Positions 51,529 through 63,984 are shown, counted from the first letter of the stretch. The stretch is DNA of 64,000 nt from Gallionella sp. (GCA_028714075.1 JAQTMZ010000001.1:279753-343752); one strand, 5' to 3'. Notes: a model not told the origin generated them from the letters alone. Numbers and translations: made by a program.

Positions 51529-52344
51529 TTGCCCGAACTACCCGAAGTTGAAATCACAAGTTGCGGCCTGGCCGCGCATCTGGTTGGCGTGCCCATCGCC
51601 AACGTGGTCATCCGCAACGCCAGCCTGCGTTGGCCTATCCCGAAAAATCTGCCCAAGCTGTTGCGCGGCCAGACCATCGTCGCGCTCGAACGCCGCGCGA
51701 AATACCTGCTGATGGATTGCGGCAGCGGCACGTTGATCCTGCATCTCGGCATGTCCGGCAGCCTGCGCATCCTGCCCGCCGATACGCCGGCGGAAAAACA
51801 CGATCACTTCGATTTGGTGCTGGGCAACGGCATGATGATGCGCCTGCGCGACCCGCGTCGCTTTGGTGCGGTGCTGTGGCATCGCGGCGATGTGCATGCT
51901 CACCCGCTGCTCGCCGCGCTCGGCCCCGAACCTTTAGAAGATGGCTTCGATGCGCGCTACCTGTATCAGGCTACGCGCGGGCGCAGCAGCGCCATCAAGC
52001 AATGCGTGATGGATAGCCGTATCGTGGTTGGCGTGGGTAACATCTATGCCAACGAGGCGCTGTTCCGCGCCGGGATAAAACCGCAACTCGTCGCCGGAAA
52101 ACTTAGCCTGGCGCGCTGTGCCAGGCTGGTTGCCGAAATACGCGCTACACTTAACGAGGCCATTGAGCTGGGCGGCAGCAGCCTGCGCGATTTCGTTAAT
52201 GCTTCCGGGCAACCCGGCCACTTCCAGCAACACTATTGGGTATACGGGCGCGGCGGCGAACCCTGCCGCAAATGCAGTACGCCGATCAGGCAGGTCAGGC
52301 AGGGGCAGCGTTCCAGTTTTTATTGTACAAAGTGCCAGAAGTGA
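51529..52344 (+). CDS. mutM: Formamidopyrimidine-DNA glycosylase
   Basis: [23 protein letters not shown]-terminal zinc finger. Confidence 0.97.
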   Translation: MPELPEVEITSCGLAAHLVGVPIANVVIRNASLRWPIPKNLPKLLRGQTIVALERRAKYLLMDCGSGTLILHLGMSGSLRILPADTPAEKHDHFDLVLGNGMMMRLRDPRRFGAVLWHRGDVHAHPLLAALGPEPLEDGFDARYLYQATRGRSSAIKQCVMDSRIVVGVGNIYANEALFRAGIKPQLVAGKLSLARCARLVAEIRATLNEAIELGGSSLRDFVNASGQPGHFQQHYWVYGRGGEPCRKCSTPIRQVRQGQRSSFYCTKCQK

Positions 52345-52385
52345 ATTTTATTAACCAACGCCATCCGGCAGAATAACCAAGCCCT

Positions 52386-53222
52386 ATGAAGCTCACACAT
52401 CGCTACCTGTTCGCACTGCTTACCTTAACATTCGCACTTGTCGCGCATGCCGGGAAATTACCCCGACCCGATCATGTGGTCGTGGTGATCGAGGAAAATC
52501 GCGGCTATTCGCAGATCATGGACAAGCTGCACAGCGATTCCTATATCCATGCATTAGCGAAACGCGGCATGCTGTTCACGCAGTCTTATGGCGTATCCCA
52601 TCCGAGCCAGCCGAATTACCTGGCGCTGTTCTCCGGCTCGACGCAGGGCGTCAACGGCAACGCATGCCCGAACCTGTACGACACCGACAACCTCGCCTCA
52701 GCCCTGCTGGATGCAGGTTTGAGCTTTGCCAGCTTTGCGGAATCGCTGCCCGCAACGGGCGACTTGAGCTGCGCCTCCGGGGCGTATCAGCGCAAACATA
52801 ATCCGGCGGCAAACTGGCAGGGTTCGCGCCTGCCGGCCGAAGCAAACAAACGCTTTGCCGATTTTCCGCAGGATTTCGCCAGGCTGCCGACCGTATCTTT
52901 TGTCATTCCCGACCAGGATCACGATATGCACGACGGCAGTTTTTATGCGGCGGACGTTTGGCTGAAGACGCATATCGCGCCCTACGTCGATTGGGCGTTC
53001 AAGCACAACAGCTTGTTGATACTCATTTGGGACGAGGACGATTTCAAGGAGGGCAACCGCGTGGTAACACTGCTGGTCGGGCCGATGGTGAAGGCGGGAA
53101 GCAGCGCCCAGCGCATCGATCACTACAACGTGCTGCGCACCCTGCTGGATATTTACGGATTGCCGCCGCTCGGCGCGAGCCGCGATGCGGAGGCCATCAA
53201 GGGGGTTTGGAAGAAACGTTGA
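52386..53222 (+). CDS. Secreted acid phosphatase/phosphoesterase-family protein
   Basis: Signal peptide, VVIEENR, HPSQPNYLALFSG, RKHNP, DMHDG. Confidence 0.85.
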   Translation: MKLTHRYLFALLTLTFALVAHAGKLPRPDHVVVVIEENRGYSQIMDKLHSDSYIHALAKRGMLFTQSYGVSHPSQPNYLALFSGSTQGVNGNACPNLYDTDNLASALLDAGLSFASFAESLPATGDLSCASGAYQRKHNPAANWQGSRLPAEANKRFADFPQDFARLPTVSFVIPDQDHDMHDGSFYAADVWLKTHIAPYVDWAFKHNSLLILIWDEDDFKEGNRVVTLLVGPMVKAGSSAQRIDHYNVLRTLLDIYGLPPLGASRDAEAIKGVWKKR

Positions 53223-53282
53223 TCTGATAACGACAAAAGGCCGCGCAAGCTACCGCGCGGCCTTGGCGTGATGCACGGGTGC

Positions 53283-54586
<1,304 letters not shown>

Positions 54587-54588
54587 TT

Positions 54589-55908
54589 TTATTTGGCGGC
54601 CTCTTGCTGCGGTGCGCCCACGATCACCGTCGCCATTGCCTGCGGGTTGATATGGCGCGCAAACGCTGCGCGGATTTGCGCGACGCTCACCTGTTCGATT
54701 TTGTGCGTGAAATCGTCCAGATAGGTCAGCGGTAAGTCGTAGAAGCCGATGGCGCTCAGGTAGTCGAGTATCTTGCGGTTGCTGTCGATGCGCAGCGGGA
54801 AGCCGCCGACGATATTCTGTTTGGCGGACAGCAATTCTTTTTCGGTCGGCCCTTTGGCGATAAATTCCGCCAGCGTGTTGCGCACCAGTTGCAGGGCTTC
54901 ATCGGCCTGCTCCTTCTTGGTTTGCAGGCCGAGCTGAAACGCGCCCGGCTGCTTCAGCGGCATGAAATAGCTGTAGACGCTGTAAGCCAGGCCGCGCTTT
55001 TCGCGCACCTCGTTCATCAGGCGCGACACAAAACCGCCGCCGCCGAGAATGTGGTTGCCGACATACAGCGGAAAGTAATCCGGGTCGTTGCGCGCGATGC
55101 CCGGCGCGCCGACCAGGATGTGGCTCTGGCTGGCGGGATGTGCAATGCGCTGCTCGCTTGCGGGGATTTGCAGCGCGACATCGGGCAGCGCGGAAGGTGC
55201 ACCCGTTGACGGCAATTTTGCGGTGAGCTGCTGCGCGATGGCTTCGGCCTCGGCGCGCGTTACGTCGCCCATGATGGCCACCACCGCGCTACCGGCGCGG
55301 TAATGCGCACGGTAGAAGTTGGACAGGTCTTGCGCGGTAATTTTTTCCACGCTGGTGATTTCGCCGGAAGCCGGCAGCGCATAAGGGTGCGCGCCATATA
55401 CCGCCTTCTGGAAAGCCTTGCTGGCGATGCTTTCCGGCTTGGTTTCGGCTTCTTTCAGGGCGGCTATCACCCGCACCTTTTCGCGCGTCAGAACCGCTTC
55501 CGGAAACAGCGGGCTTTGCAGCACGCGCGCCATGATGCCCAGCGCCTTGTCGCGTTCCGCCGCGCTGCTCAGGGTGCGCAAGGAAATGCCGGCCCGGTCC
55601 TGGTCGAAGCTGCCGCCGAATTGCGCGCCGATGTCCGCCATGCCGCGCGAAATATCGTCCTCGCTCAACCCTTCCGCGCCCAGATCCAGCAGGTGATGGG
55701 TCAGGCCCGCCACGCCGGATTTATCCGCCGCATCGAAGCCGCTGCCCGCCGGAACGCCGACCGAAACATCCAGCATCGGGATGTCGTGATTCTCCACGAA
55801 CAGCACCTTCGCGCCACTGGCGCTTTGCCAGTGCTGGATGCTGGGGGTGGCCAAAGCGGCTGTAGCAACACAGCACAGCATTGCAATGAGGATGGATTTA
55901 ATGGGCAT
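54589..55908 (-). CDS. M16 (pitrilysin) family protein, non-catalytic partner
   Basis: Signal peptide, M16 fold motifs, no HxxEH. Confidence 0.88.
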   Translation of the reverse strand: MPIKSILIAMLCCVATAALATPSIQHWQSASGAKVLFVENHDIPMLDVSVGVPAGSGFDAADKSGVAGLTHHLLDLGAEGLSEDDISRGMADIGAQFGGSFDQDRAGISLRTLSSAAERDKALGIMARVLQSPLFPEAVLTREKVRVIAALKEAETKPESIASKAFQKAVYGAHPYALPASGEITSVEKITAQDLSNFYRAHYRAGSAVVAIMGDVTRAEAEAIAQQLTAKLPSTGAPSALPDVALQIPASEQRIAHPASQSHILVGAPGIARNDPDYFPLYVGNHILGGGGFVSRLMNEVREKRGLAYSVYSYFMPLKQPGAFQLGLQTKKEQADEALQLVRNTLAEFIAKGPTEKELLSAKQNIVGGFPLRIDSNRKILDYLSAIGFYDLPLTYLDDFTHKIEQVSVAQIRAAFARHINPQAMATVIVGAPQQEAAK

Positions 55909-57262
55909 GTGTCGCTCCCTGCGGCGGGTGTTTCGGTTTTCCTGAAAGCGGCTGCGGGTCAAGCACCGCAACGGTCAGGCTGTCGTCGCGCAGAAATTCC
56001 TCCGCGACCTGGCGCACTTGCTCCGCCGTTACCGTCTGAAGTTTCTCCAGCATCACCGGGATGGCGCGGTGCGTCAGCCCGATGCTCTCCATCTGGCCGA
56101 TCTGCATCGCCTGATAAAACACCGAGTCGAGTTTATACACTTCGCTTGCCGTCACTTGCGCCTTGACGCGCTTCAATTCTTCCCCGGTCACACCATCCTT
56201 GATCAGTTGCGCGATCTCCTGGCGCAGCGCGGCTTCCACATCGTTCACCGTCTTGCCTTCGCTGGGCGTGGCTTCGAGGGTGAACAGGCTGGGGCCGCGC
56301 GAAGCCGAGTCATAACCGGCACCCGCCTCGCTGGCGACCTGCTGCTCGCGCACCAGATGCTTGTTGAGGCGCGCGGATTCATTGCCGTCCAGCACGCCAG
56401 CCAGAATCTCCAGTGCATAAGGCTTCCAGTCCTGCTCGGGGTTTTTCAACGTGGGCGCGTGGTAACTCATCACAAGATGCGGCAGCTCGGCGGGGGCTTT
56501 CACCACCATGCGTTTGATGCCCACCTGCGCGGGCTCGGTGAAATTACGCCGCGCTGGAAGCACGCGCCTGGGAATTCCGCCATAGTAGCGTTGCGCCAAT
56601 TCGAACACTTCGCTTGCCTTGACATCGCCGGCAATGACCAGCGTGGCGTTATTCGGCGTGTACCAGCGGTCGTACCACGCCTTCGCATCGCCCACCGTCA
56701 GCGCTTCCAGATCGCTCATCCAGCCGATCACCGGATGCTGGTAGGGATGCTCCTGGTAAATCGTCGCCATCATTTTTTCCTGCAACAACGCGTGCGCCTC
56801 ATCGTCGGTGCGCCAGCGGCGCTCCTCCATGACCACCTTAATTTCCTTGGCGAATTCGGCGGGGGTGAGGTTCAGGTTGCGCATCCGGTCCGATTCCAGT
56901 TGCATCGCCAACACCAGTTTGGATTTGTGCAATTGCTGGAAATAGGCGGTGTAGTCGTAGCTGGTAAACGCGTTTTCGCGCCCGCCTGCCGCCGCGATGC
57001 GCTTGGAGAATTCGCCCATCGGCACGTCTTTGGTGCCCTTGAACATCAAGTGCTCCAGCACATGTGCGATGCCCGTCACGCCGGTGCGCTCGTCCATGCT
57101 GCCGGTCTTGTACCAGATCTGCTGCACCACCACCGGCGCGCGGTGGTCTTCCTTGACGATGACTTTTAGCCCGTTCGCCAGCGTGCGCTCGAACACTTCC
57201 GCCTGTGCGGCAGTCTGCAATCCTCCCAGCAATAGCGCGACGCAAAACAGATAAATTCTCAT
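55898..57262 (-). CDS. M16 zinc peptidase, catalytic subunit
   Basis: HVLEH (HxxEH), ENAFT, VVMEERR; start reassigned to MRIYLF because the longer ORF start lies in a repeat. Confidence 0.9.
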   Translation of the reverse strand: MRIYLFCVALLLGGLQTAAQAEVFERTLANGLKVIVKEDHRAPVVVQQIWYKTGSMDERTGVTGIAHVLEHLMFKGTKDVPMGEFSKRIAAAGGRENAFTSYDYTAYFQQLHKSKLVLAMQLESDRMRNLNLTPAEFAKEIKVVMEERRWRTDDEAHALLQEKMMATIYQEHPYQHPVIGWMSDLEALTVGDAKAWYDRWYTPNNATLVIAGDVKASEVFELAQRYYGGIPRRVLPARRNFTEPAQVGIKRMVVKAPAELPHLVMSYHAPTLKNPEQDWKPYALEILAGVLDGNESARLNKHLVREQQVASEAGAGYDSASRGPSLFTLEATPSEGKTVNDVEAALRQEIAQLIKDGVTGEELKRVKAQVTASEVYKLDSVFYQAMQIGQMESIGLTHRAIPVMLEKLQTVTAEQVRQVAEEFLRDDSLTVAVLDPQPLSGKPKHPPQGATHAH

Positions 57263-57321
57263 GTACCTAGCCCTAACGGGTACGGCAAATAGCCGCCCCT
57301 TTAATAAAATTTGCATGCCCG

Positions 57322-57387
57322 TTCCCTCTCCCCACCCCTCTCCCGCAAGCGTGAGAGGGAGCAAACGAATCGCTGCGCGAGTTTCAC
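57322..57387 (+). repeat. Palindromic repeat (CCCTCTCCC family)
   Basis: TTCCCTCTCCCCACCCCTCTCCCGCAAGCGTGAGAGGGAGCAAACGAATCGCTGCGCGAGTTTCAC. Confidence 0.8.
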
Positions 57388-57495
57388 ATTAAACCGTGTA
57401 ATCAGCATAAAATAACAACACCAGCCACGCCATATGCCGTGTGGCTAATTTGTGCGTATTATGCCCCATTTTCCTGTGCCCAGAACTCGTCCAGC

Positions 57496-58491
57496 ATGTT
57501 TAGTTTTCTGAAAAAAAATCCGCCTGAAGTATCCGATACGGAACCCGGCACCGGCTGGATTGCGCGCCTCAAGTCCGGCCTGGCGCGCACCGGCAGCCAG
57601 TTGGCCGACTTGTTTGGCAGCGGCGGCAGGATAGATGATGACCTGTACGAAGAATTGGAAACCATCCTGATCACCGCCGACGTCGGCATGGACGCGACCA
57701 GCGCGCTGCTTGCCGATCTGCGCCACCGGGTTAAGGAGCAGCATTTAACGGAAACGGCGCAGCTCCGAGAGGCGTTGGCGCACTGTCTGCTCAAACTGCT
57801 CAAGTCGCTGGCACAACCGTTACAGGCTCGGCCGTTTAAAACAAATGATTCGCACAAACCGTTCGTCATCATGTTGTGCGGCGTGAACGGCGCGGGCAAG
57901 ACCACCTCCATCGGCAAGCTGGCGAAGTATCTGCAAGGCCAGGGATTGTCGGTGCTGCTCGCGGCAGGCGATACGTTCCGTGCCGCCGCGCGCGAACAGT
58001 TGATAACCTGGGGCGAGCGCAACAACGTGACGGTGATCGCGCAACAGGGCGGCGACCCGGCCGCCGTGATCTACGATGCGGTGCAGGCGGCGCAAGCGCG
58101 CAACATCGACGTGGTGCTGGCCGATACCGCCGGGCGCCTGACCACCCAGGCGCACCTGATGGAAGAGATCAAAAAGGTCAAGCGCGTCATCGCCAAGGCG
58201 TTGCCCGAAACACCAGACACCCCCGCCGCGCCGCACGAGGTGCTGCTGGTGCTCGACGCCAACACCGGGCAAAACGCGCTGAGCCAAGTCAAGGCCTTCG
58301 ATGAAGCACTCGGCGTGACCGGGCTGATCCTGACCAAGCTGGACGGCACCGCCAAGGGCGGTGTGATCGCCGCAATTGCGAAAGCACACCCGATCCCGGT
58401 GCGCTTCATCGGCGTGGGCGAAGGGCTGGACGACCTGCGCCCGTTCGTCGCGGAAGATTTTGTCGCGGCGCTGCTGGGGCTGGACGAATGA
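57496..58491 (+). CDS. ftsY: SRP receptor FtsY
   Basis: GVNGAGKTT, DTAGR, TKLDGTAKGG. Confidence 0.97.
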   Translation: MFSFLKKNPPEVSDTEPGTGWIARLKSGLARTGSQLADLFGSGGRIDDDLYEELETILITADVGMDATSALLADLRHRVKEQHLTETAQLREALAHCLLKLLKSLAQPLQARPFKTNDSHKPFVIMLCGVNGAGKTTSIGKLAKYLQGQGLSVLLAAGDTFRAAAREQLITWGERNNVTVIAQQGGDPAAVIYDAVQAAQARNIDVVLADTAGRLTTQAHLMEEIKKVKRVIAKALPETPDTPAAPHEVLLVLDANTGQNALSQVKAFDEALGVTGLILTKLDGTAKGGVIAAIAKAHPIPVRFIGVGEGLDDLRPFVAEDFVAALLGLDE

Positions 58492-59141
58492 TCCGCTTCA
58501 ACCAAGTCAGCAAGCGCTACCCAGGCGGCTATGAGGCGCTGAAAAATGTTTCGTTCGACATCGCCGAGGGTGAGATGGCGTTTCTCACCGGGCACTCCGG
58601 CGCGGGCAAGAGCACGCTGCTCAAGCTCATTGCCGCGATTGAGCGCCCCAATTCCGGCAGCGTGCTGGTAAACAACCAGAACGTCGGCGTGCTGAAAGGC
58701 GGCGCATTGCCTTATCTGCGCCGCAATCTGGGTATTATTTTTCAGGATCACAAGCTGCTGTTCGACCGCAGCGTGTTCGACAACGTGCTGCTGCCGCTGC
58801 AAATCTGCGGTTTCGATCATCGCGAAAGCGGCAAACGGGTGCGCGCCGCACTGGATAAGGTCGGCCTGCTCAAGCGCGAAAAGGCCAATCCCATCGCGTT
58901 GTCCGGCGGCGAGCAGCAACGCCTGTGCATCGCGCGCGCAATCGTGAACCGTCCTTCTATATTGCTGGCCGATGAACCAACCGGCAATCTGGACGCGGCC
59001 TATGCGCAGGAAATCATGGCGATCTTCAAATCCTTTCATCAGGTCGGCGTCACCCTGCTGATCTCCACGCACGATGAAAGCGTGCTGCAGGACACCGGTG
59101 TGCGCGTGCTTGCGCTGAAGCATGGGGAGTTGCAAGCATGA
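58488..59141 (+). CDS. ftsE: Cell division ATP-binding protein FtsE
   Basis: [26 protein letters not shown]. Confidence 0.95.
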   Translation: MIRFNQVSKRYPGGYEALKNVSFDIAEGEMAFLTGHSGAGKSTLLKLIAAIERPNSGSVLVNNQNVGVLKGGALPYLRRNLGIIFQDHKLLFDRSVFDNVLLPLQICGFDHRESGKRVRAALDKVGLLKREKANPIALSGGEQQRLCIARAIVNRPSILLADEPTGNLDAAYAQEIMAIFKSFHQVGVTLLISTHDESVLQDTGVRVLALKHGELQA

Positions 59142-60055
59142 TGCACGCACTCGCCCAACATCTGGCCGTATTGCGCACCGTGCTGCAACGCATGTTTGTG
59201 TCGCCGCTGGCGGGATTGCTCAACATTCTGGTCATCGGCATCGCTCTCAGCCTGCCGGCCGGCATGTACGTGCTGCTGCAAAACGTGCAAGGCTTGGTCG
59301 TGCAGTTATCCGGCACGCCGCAGATCAGCCTGTTTCTGGCAATGGATGCGAAAGCGGATGACGCCGATCATTTGCGCAAACAACTCGCGCAACACCCGGC
59401 CATCGCCCGCACCGAGTTTGTCGCCCGTGCGCAGGCGCTGGAGCAGCTCAAACAAAGCACCGGCCTCGCCGATGTGATCGGCGGCTTGACCCAGAACCCG
59501 TTGCCGGACGCCTTCATCGTTTATCCCAAACAAAGCGGTGCGCAAGCACTGGATGGGCTGCGCGATGAACTGGCGAAACTGCCCAAAGTGGAGCAGGCGC
59601 AACTCGATTCGGCTTGGGCCTACAAGCTCGAGGCGTTGCTCAAGTTTGGCCGCGTTGCGGTGCTGATCCTCGCCAGCCTGCTCAGCCTTGCGCTGATCGC
59701 CGTCACTTTCAATACTATCCGCCTGCAAATCCTCACCCAGCGCGACGAGATCGAAGTCGCCAAACTGATCGGCGCGACCAACGGTTTCATCCGTCGCCCG
59801 TTCCTGTATTTCGGCGCGCTTCAGGGTCTGCTCGGCGGCATCGCGGCGTGGCTTATCATCACCGCCAGCCTGCAGTTGCTCAACCATCAACTCGGCGCGC
59901 TGGCGCAGCTTTACGCCAGCCAACTGGCCTTGCACCCGCTGTCTGTCGGCGACAGCCTGTCGCTGCTGCTGTTCTCGGTGTATCTCGGCTGGCTGGGAGC
60001 CTGGCTGTCGGTGGCGCGGCATTTGTCGCAGGTCGAGCCGGGCCGGAAACCGTAG
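59138..60055 (+). CDS. ftsX: Cell division permease FtsX
   Basis: NPLPD, FNTIRLQI, LIGATNGFIRRPF. Confidence 0.95.
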   Translation: MMHALAQHLAVLRTVLQRMFVSPLAGLLNILVIGIALSLPAGMYVLLQNVQGLVVQLSGTPQISLFLAMDAKADDADHLRKQLAQHPAIARTEFVARAQALEQLKQSTGLADVIGGLTQNPLPDAFIVYPKQSGAQALDGLRDELAKLPKVEQAQLDSAWAYKLEALLKFGRVAVLILASLLSLALIAVTFNTIRLQILTQRDEIEVAKLIGATNGFIRRPFLYFGALQGLLGGIAAWLIITASLQLLNHQLGALAQLYASQLALHPLSVGDSLSLLLFSVYLGWLGAWLSVARHLSQVEPGRKP

Positions 60056-60162
60056 CCCACGGAGCTTGTATTGATGTAGCTGTGTTGATGTAGTAGTCTC
60101 GCTTGTTATGGATGCAACAATCCCGTCTGTCTTGGGAAAAACTTACCAATTTACCGAATTTG

Positions 60163-61287
60163 ATGCCAAAAAACTCTTCTAATCCGCCGGCCAGCCCATC
60201 CCCGGACAAACTGCAGGGATTCATCGCCAGTTTGCCTGGAATGGCCTGCCAGATCGAACTGCAAAAAGACGGGACGTTTACTTTTCCTTACGTCAGCGAA
60301 GGTTGTTCTACGCTGTTTGGGGTTTCCGCAAGCGACCTGCAAAACGATGCGGCATGTTTTTTGAATCTCATCCACCCCGAGGATGTCGCCTCCCTTCTTG
60401 AGACCCTGAAGAACTCGGCACAAACCATGTGTTTCTGGAACTGGGAAGGGCGCATCGTCTTGCCGGGCGATGAAACCAAATGGATCAGCCTCGGCGCTAC
60501 GCCGCAGGAGACGCCAAGCGGCCTGCCGCGCTGGGAAGGCATCATCCTCAACACCACGCAAAGCAAGCTGGGCGAACTCGAAGTCAAGCGGGTGCAGCAG
60601 CAGTTAATGGAGCTTTCCTCGCATATTCAGGACGCCAAAGAGCAGGAACGCCTGCGCATCGCGCGCGAAGTTCACGATGAAATTGGCAGCCTGCTCACCG
60701 CGATCAGAATGGATTTGTCGTGGATGGTGCAACGCCTGCCCGCTGACAATCAGGCGCTTACCAATAAGTTAAAAACCATAGAAGAGCTGGTAAACCGGGC
60801 GATTACTTCCGCGAGCAATCTCGCCCACAGTTTGCGCCCGGGGTTTCTCGACTGTTTTGGCATCATTGCGGCGATCGAGATCGAGGCGCAGGAATTCAGC
60901 AAGCGCAGCGGCATCTCGTGCACCGTTATCAAATCGCAGGAAAACATCGAGCTGCCCGAGGCGCATTCCATCACGCTGTTCCGGATTTGCCAGGAAACCT
61001 TGAACAACATCCTGAAGCATGCCCACGCCAAGCATGTGCAGATCGAAATCGTCAAAGGGACGGATCATCTCGAGTTGATTATCTCGGATGACGGGGTGGG
61101 ATTCAGCGAGGCAGCGCGCAACAAGCCGCGTTCGTTCGGGCTGCGCGGCGTCCAGGAGCGCGTCGCGCATCTCGGCGGCACGGTTAAAATAGCCAGTACA
61201 TTGGGCAGAGGGACGCAAATCGCCATCTTCGTCCCGCTCATGGAAGAAACCCCGCAACAGGCGCTTTTCGGCGATACATCGATATGA
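60163..61287 (+). CDS. Cytoplasmic PAS-domain histidine kinase (HisKA_3 type)
   Basis: YVSEG/IHPED PAS motifs, RIAREVHDEIG, QETLNNILKHA, DDGVGF. Confidence 0.9.
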   Translation: MPKNSSNPPASPSPDKLQGFIASLPGMACQIELQKDGTFTFPYVSEGCSTLFGVSASDLQNDAACFLNLIHPEDVASLLETLKNSAQTMCFWNWEGRIVLPGDETKWISLGATPQETPSGLPRWEGIILNTTQSKLGELEVKRVQQQLMELSSHIQDAKEQERLRIAREVHDEIGSLLTAIRMDLSWMVQRLPADNQALTNKLKTIEELVNRAITSASNLAHSLRPGFLDCFGIIAAIEIEAQEFSKRSGISCTVIKSQENIELPEAHSITLFRICQETLNNILKHAHAKHVQIEIVKGTDHLELIISDDGVGFSEAARNKPRSFGLRGVQERVAHLGGTVKIASTLGRGTQIAIFVPLMEETPQQALFGDTSI

Positions 61288-61925
61288 TCAATATTCTCGT
61301 GGTGGACGATCATGCGCTGATCCGCAAGGGTCTGAAGATGCTGCTCGAGGAGGGTCCCGACTTCCATATCGCCGGCGAGGCGGAAACCGGCCTGCAAGCC
61401 ATCAACATGGTGCGCGAACAGAACTTCGATCTGGTATTACTGGATATCTCCCTGTCGGACAAGCACGGCATAGACGTGCTCAAACAACTCAAGCTGGAAA
61501 AGCCCGATATCAAGATCATCGTGCTGAGCATGTACCCGGAAGAGCAATACGGCGTGCGCGCATTAAAGGCGGGTGCGATGGGCTATATCAACAAGCAGAG
61601 CGCGCCGGAAAAGCTGGTCGGCGCGATCCAGCAGGTCATCAGCGGCAAAAAATATATCAGCGCACCCCTGGCCGAACAATTGCTGAGCAACCTGATCGGC
61701 GAGTCGCAGGAGCTGATGCACCATAACCTGTCCAACCGCGAATATCAGACGCTCTGCCTGATGGCTTCCGGCAAATCATTGACCGAAATTTCCGAAATCA
61801 TGGTGCTCAGTCCCAAGACCGTAAGCGTCTACCGCGCCCGGATGCTGGAGAAAATGGGCTTCAAAAATAATGCCGAGGCGGTTCACTACGCCATTGCGCA
61901 TGATCTGGTGGACGCCAAGAAATAA
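61284..61925 (+). CDS. NarL/UvrY-type response regulator
   Basis: VVDDH, LLDI, LuxR HTH (LSNRE, LSPKTVSVYR). Confidence 0.92.
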   Translation: MINILVVDDHALIRKGLKMLLEEGPDFHIAGEAETGLQAINMVREQNFDLVLLDISLSDKHGIDVLKQLKLEKPDIKIIVLSMYPEEQYGVRALKAGAMGYINKQSAPEKLVGAIQQVISGKKYISAPLAEQLLSNLIGESQELMHHNLSNREYQTLCLMASGKSLTEISEIMVLSPKTVSVYRARMLEKMGFKNNAEAVHYAIAHDLVDAKK

Positions 61926-62208
61926 GGGAATACTTTCCCTCTGTTCAGTACATCACAAATTCTGTGATACCCGATAATCACCCGAAGTAAATTACCGTCA
62001 TAGCGTGCGGCGAATCTGCGCTACGGTATTTCTCGCGGTGATGTCATGCCTGATGCAACGACCATTGTTATTGCCAATGCCTCCACGGAAGATGGTGGGA
62101 GTATCGTTTTTGGCGGTTTCTGGCTTGCCGGTGTCATTTGTGCGCCTGCGGGAAATATCAGGCTTTGCCGGAAGCAATTTAATATACAGAAAAATTATTT
62201 ATTGATCC

Positions 62209-63984
62209 ATGAGTAAAGCAGCCCAAAGCCCATCCGATATTGCGCGCGAGACCCTGAAGACGCTGGCGTCGCGCAAGACTCCGCCGACGCCGGGTAACTA
62301 CACCAGGATTTACGCCGAAATCAGCGGCATCGCCAGTGAAGAGGGTGGCGGTGCGGAAAAAGTCTTGCGCGGTATTGCCGATTACCTTGCGCAGACGCCT
62401 AAATCTGCGCCCACCAGTATTTTATTGAAGAAGATGATTGGGGTGGGGGACTGGGAAAAGTGCCTCAAGGAAATCGAAAAAACTCTGCCTAAAACGGGCG
62501 GCAGCGAAAATATTCAACCTTGGTCGGACCTGATACGTGACTTGTTGCGCCAACTGGAAATTACCCATAAAGGTTTGACCCTAGCCCGCAAGAAAGAGAT
62601 GCTGGAAAACGTGTTGGCGCGGTTTGCGGCAAACCCGGAAGCCTTGTTTGAAAAACTGACCGGGCTGATTCGCTCGTGGGCGGGATACCAGGCTGCAACC
62701 AATATCGAGATTGACGCCGTACCAGGCGGCGAACTTGCCGCAACTGCGCTAGCCGGTGCAGCATCTTCTCAGCATATCTCCGGGGGCGGTGCCGAAATGT
62801 TCGGGCAACTCTCGGAGTTGCTGGCGCAAGCGCTGGAAAGCATACTCGGCACGCTGCCGGAGTTGGCGCAGGATGTGCAGAGCCTTGCCAGTCAAGTACG
62901 CAGCAGCAAAACTCATGAGCAGCTTATCGCGCTGACCAAGCCCCTGCGCCAATTCTGGATAAAGACCGAGCTGCGCGCCGGGGATCATGCCAGGATTCAC
63001 GATGGACTGGTGCGCTTGTTGCGCCTGCTGGTGGAAAACATCGGCGAAATGGTCGAAGACGAAGACTGGCTGTTCGGGCAAATAGCTATTCTGCAAGATA
63101 TCATCGACAAGCCAATGGATATGCGGGCTATCGCCGACGCCGAACGCAGCCTGCGCAATGCCATCATCAAGCAGGGAATGCTCAAGCAAAGCCTGGACGA
63201 TGCCAAGGCCACCCTGAAAAGCCTGATGACCAGCTTTATTGACCGGCTTGGGGAGATTACCGAAAGTACCGGCGAATATCATCAGAAAATCGAGGGTTAT
63301 AGCAAGAAGATCGGCAAATCCAACAACATCGCCGAGTTGGGTCAGCTGCTGGATGACATCATGCACGACACGCGCATCATTCAAGCCAGCGCGCTGCGTT
63401 CGCACGAGGAATTGGTCGGGACGCGCAAGCAGGTACAGGAAGCGCAAGACAAGATCAAAGAGCTGGAGCGGGAACTTAATCAAGTCAGTGAATTGGTGCA
63501 ACAGGACCAGCTTACCGGCGCGCTCAACCGGCGCGGTATGGATGCCGCCTTTGAGCGCGAGGCCACCCGCGCCGATCGCAGTCAGCATCCGCTATGCGTC
63601 GCGCTGCTCGACATCGACAATTTCAAGCGTCTCAACGATACCTTGGGCCACCAGGCGGGCGATCAGGCGCTGATTCACTTGAGCAGCGTAATCAAGGAAA
63701 CATTGCGCCCCAGCGACTCGGTGGCGCGCTATGGCGGCGAAGAGTTCATCATTATCCTGCCGGAAGTCGAACTCGAAGAAGCAGCCGCTACCGTAGAACG
63801 TCTGCAACGCGAGTTGACCAAGAAATTTTTTCTGCATGAAAACGACCGCATTTTGGTGACTTTCAGTGCCGGGGTCGCGCAGCGCGCGCCGGAAGAACCG
63901 CAGGAGAATGTTATTGGTCGCGCCGACAAGGCAATGTATGAAGCCAAGAAGACCGGCAAGAACCGTGTGGTCGCGGCGAAATGA
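62209..63984 (+). CDS. Diguanylate cyclase
   Basis: RYGGEEF with intact RxxD I-site (RPSD), long helical N-terminus. Confidence 0.93.
   Translation: MSKAAQSPSDIARETLKTLASRKTPPTPGNYTRIYAEISGIASEEGGGAEKVLRGIADYLAQTPKSAPTSILLKKMIGVGDWEKCLKEIEKTLPKTGGSENIQPWSDLIRDLLRQLEITHKGLTLARKKEMLENVLARFAANPEALFEKLTGLIRSWAGYQAATNIEIDAVPGGELAATALAGAASSQHISGGGAEMFGQLSELLAQALESILGTLPELAQDVQSLASQVRSSKTHEQLIALTKPLRQFWIKTELRAGDHARIHDGLVRLLRLLVENIGEMVEDEDWLFGQIAILQDIIDKPMDMRAIADAERSLRNAIIKQGMLKQSLDDAKATLKSLMTSFIDRLGEITESTGEYHQKIEGYSKKIGKSNNIAELGQLLDDIMHDTRIIQASALRSHEELVGTRKQVQEAQDKIKELERELNQVSELVQQDQLTGALNRRGMDAAFEREATRADRSQHPLCVALLDIDNFKRLNDTLGHQAGDQALIHLSSVIKETLRPSDSVARYGGEEFIIILPEVELEEAAATVERLQRELTKKFFLHENDRILVTFSAGVAQRAPEEPQENVIGRADKAMYEAKKTGKNRVVAAK

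Noticed and set aside
57263-57364. MLPLTLAGEGWGEG... extension of the M16 peptidase
   Set aside because: It is the translation of the palindromic repeat upstream of the true start, not an in-gene insertion
61952-61968. ATCACA-N5-TGTGAT palindrome after the response regulator
   Set aside because: Half-site order is inverse to a CRP/FNR site; single occurrence, no further support
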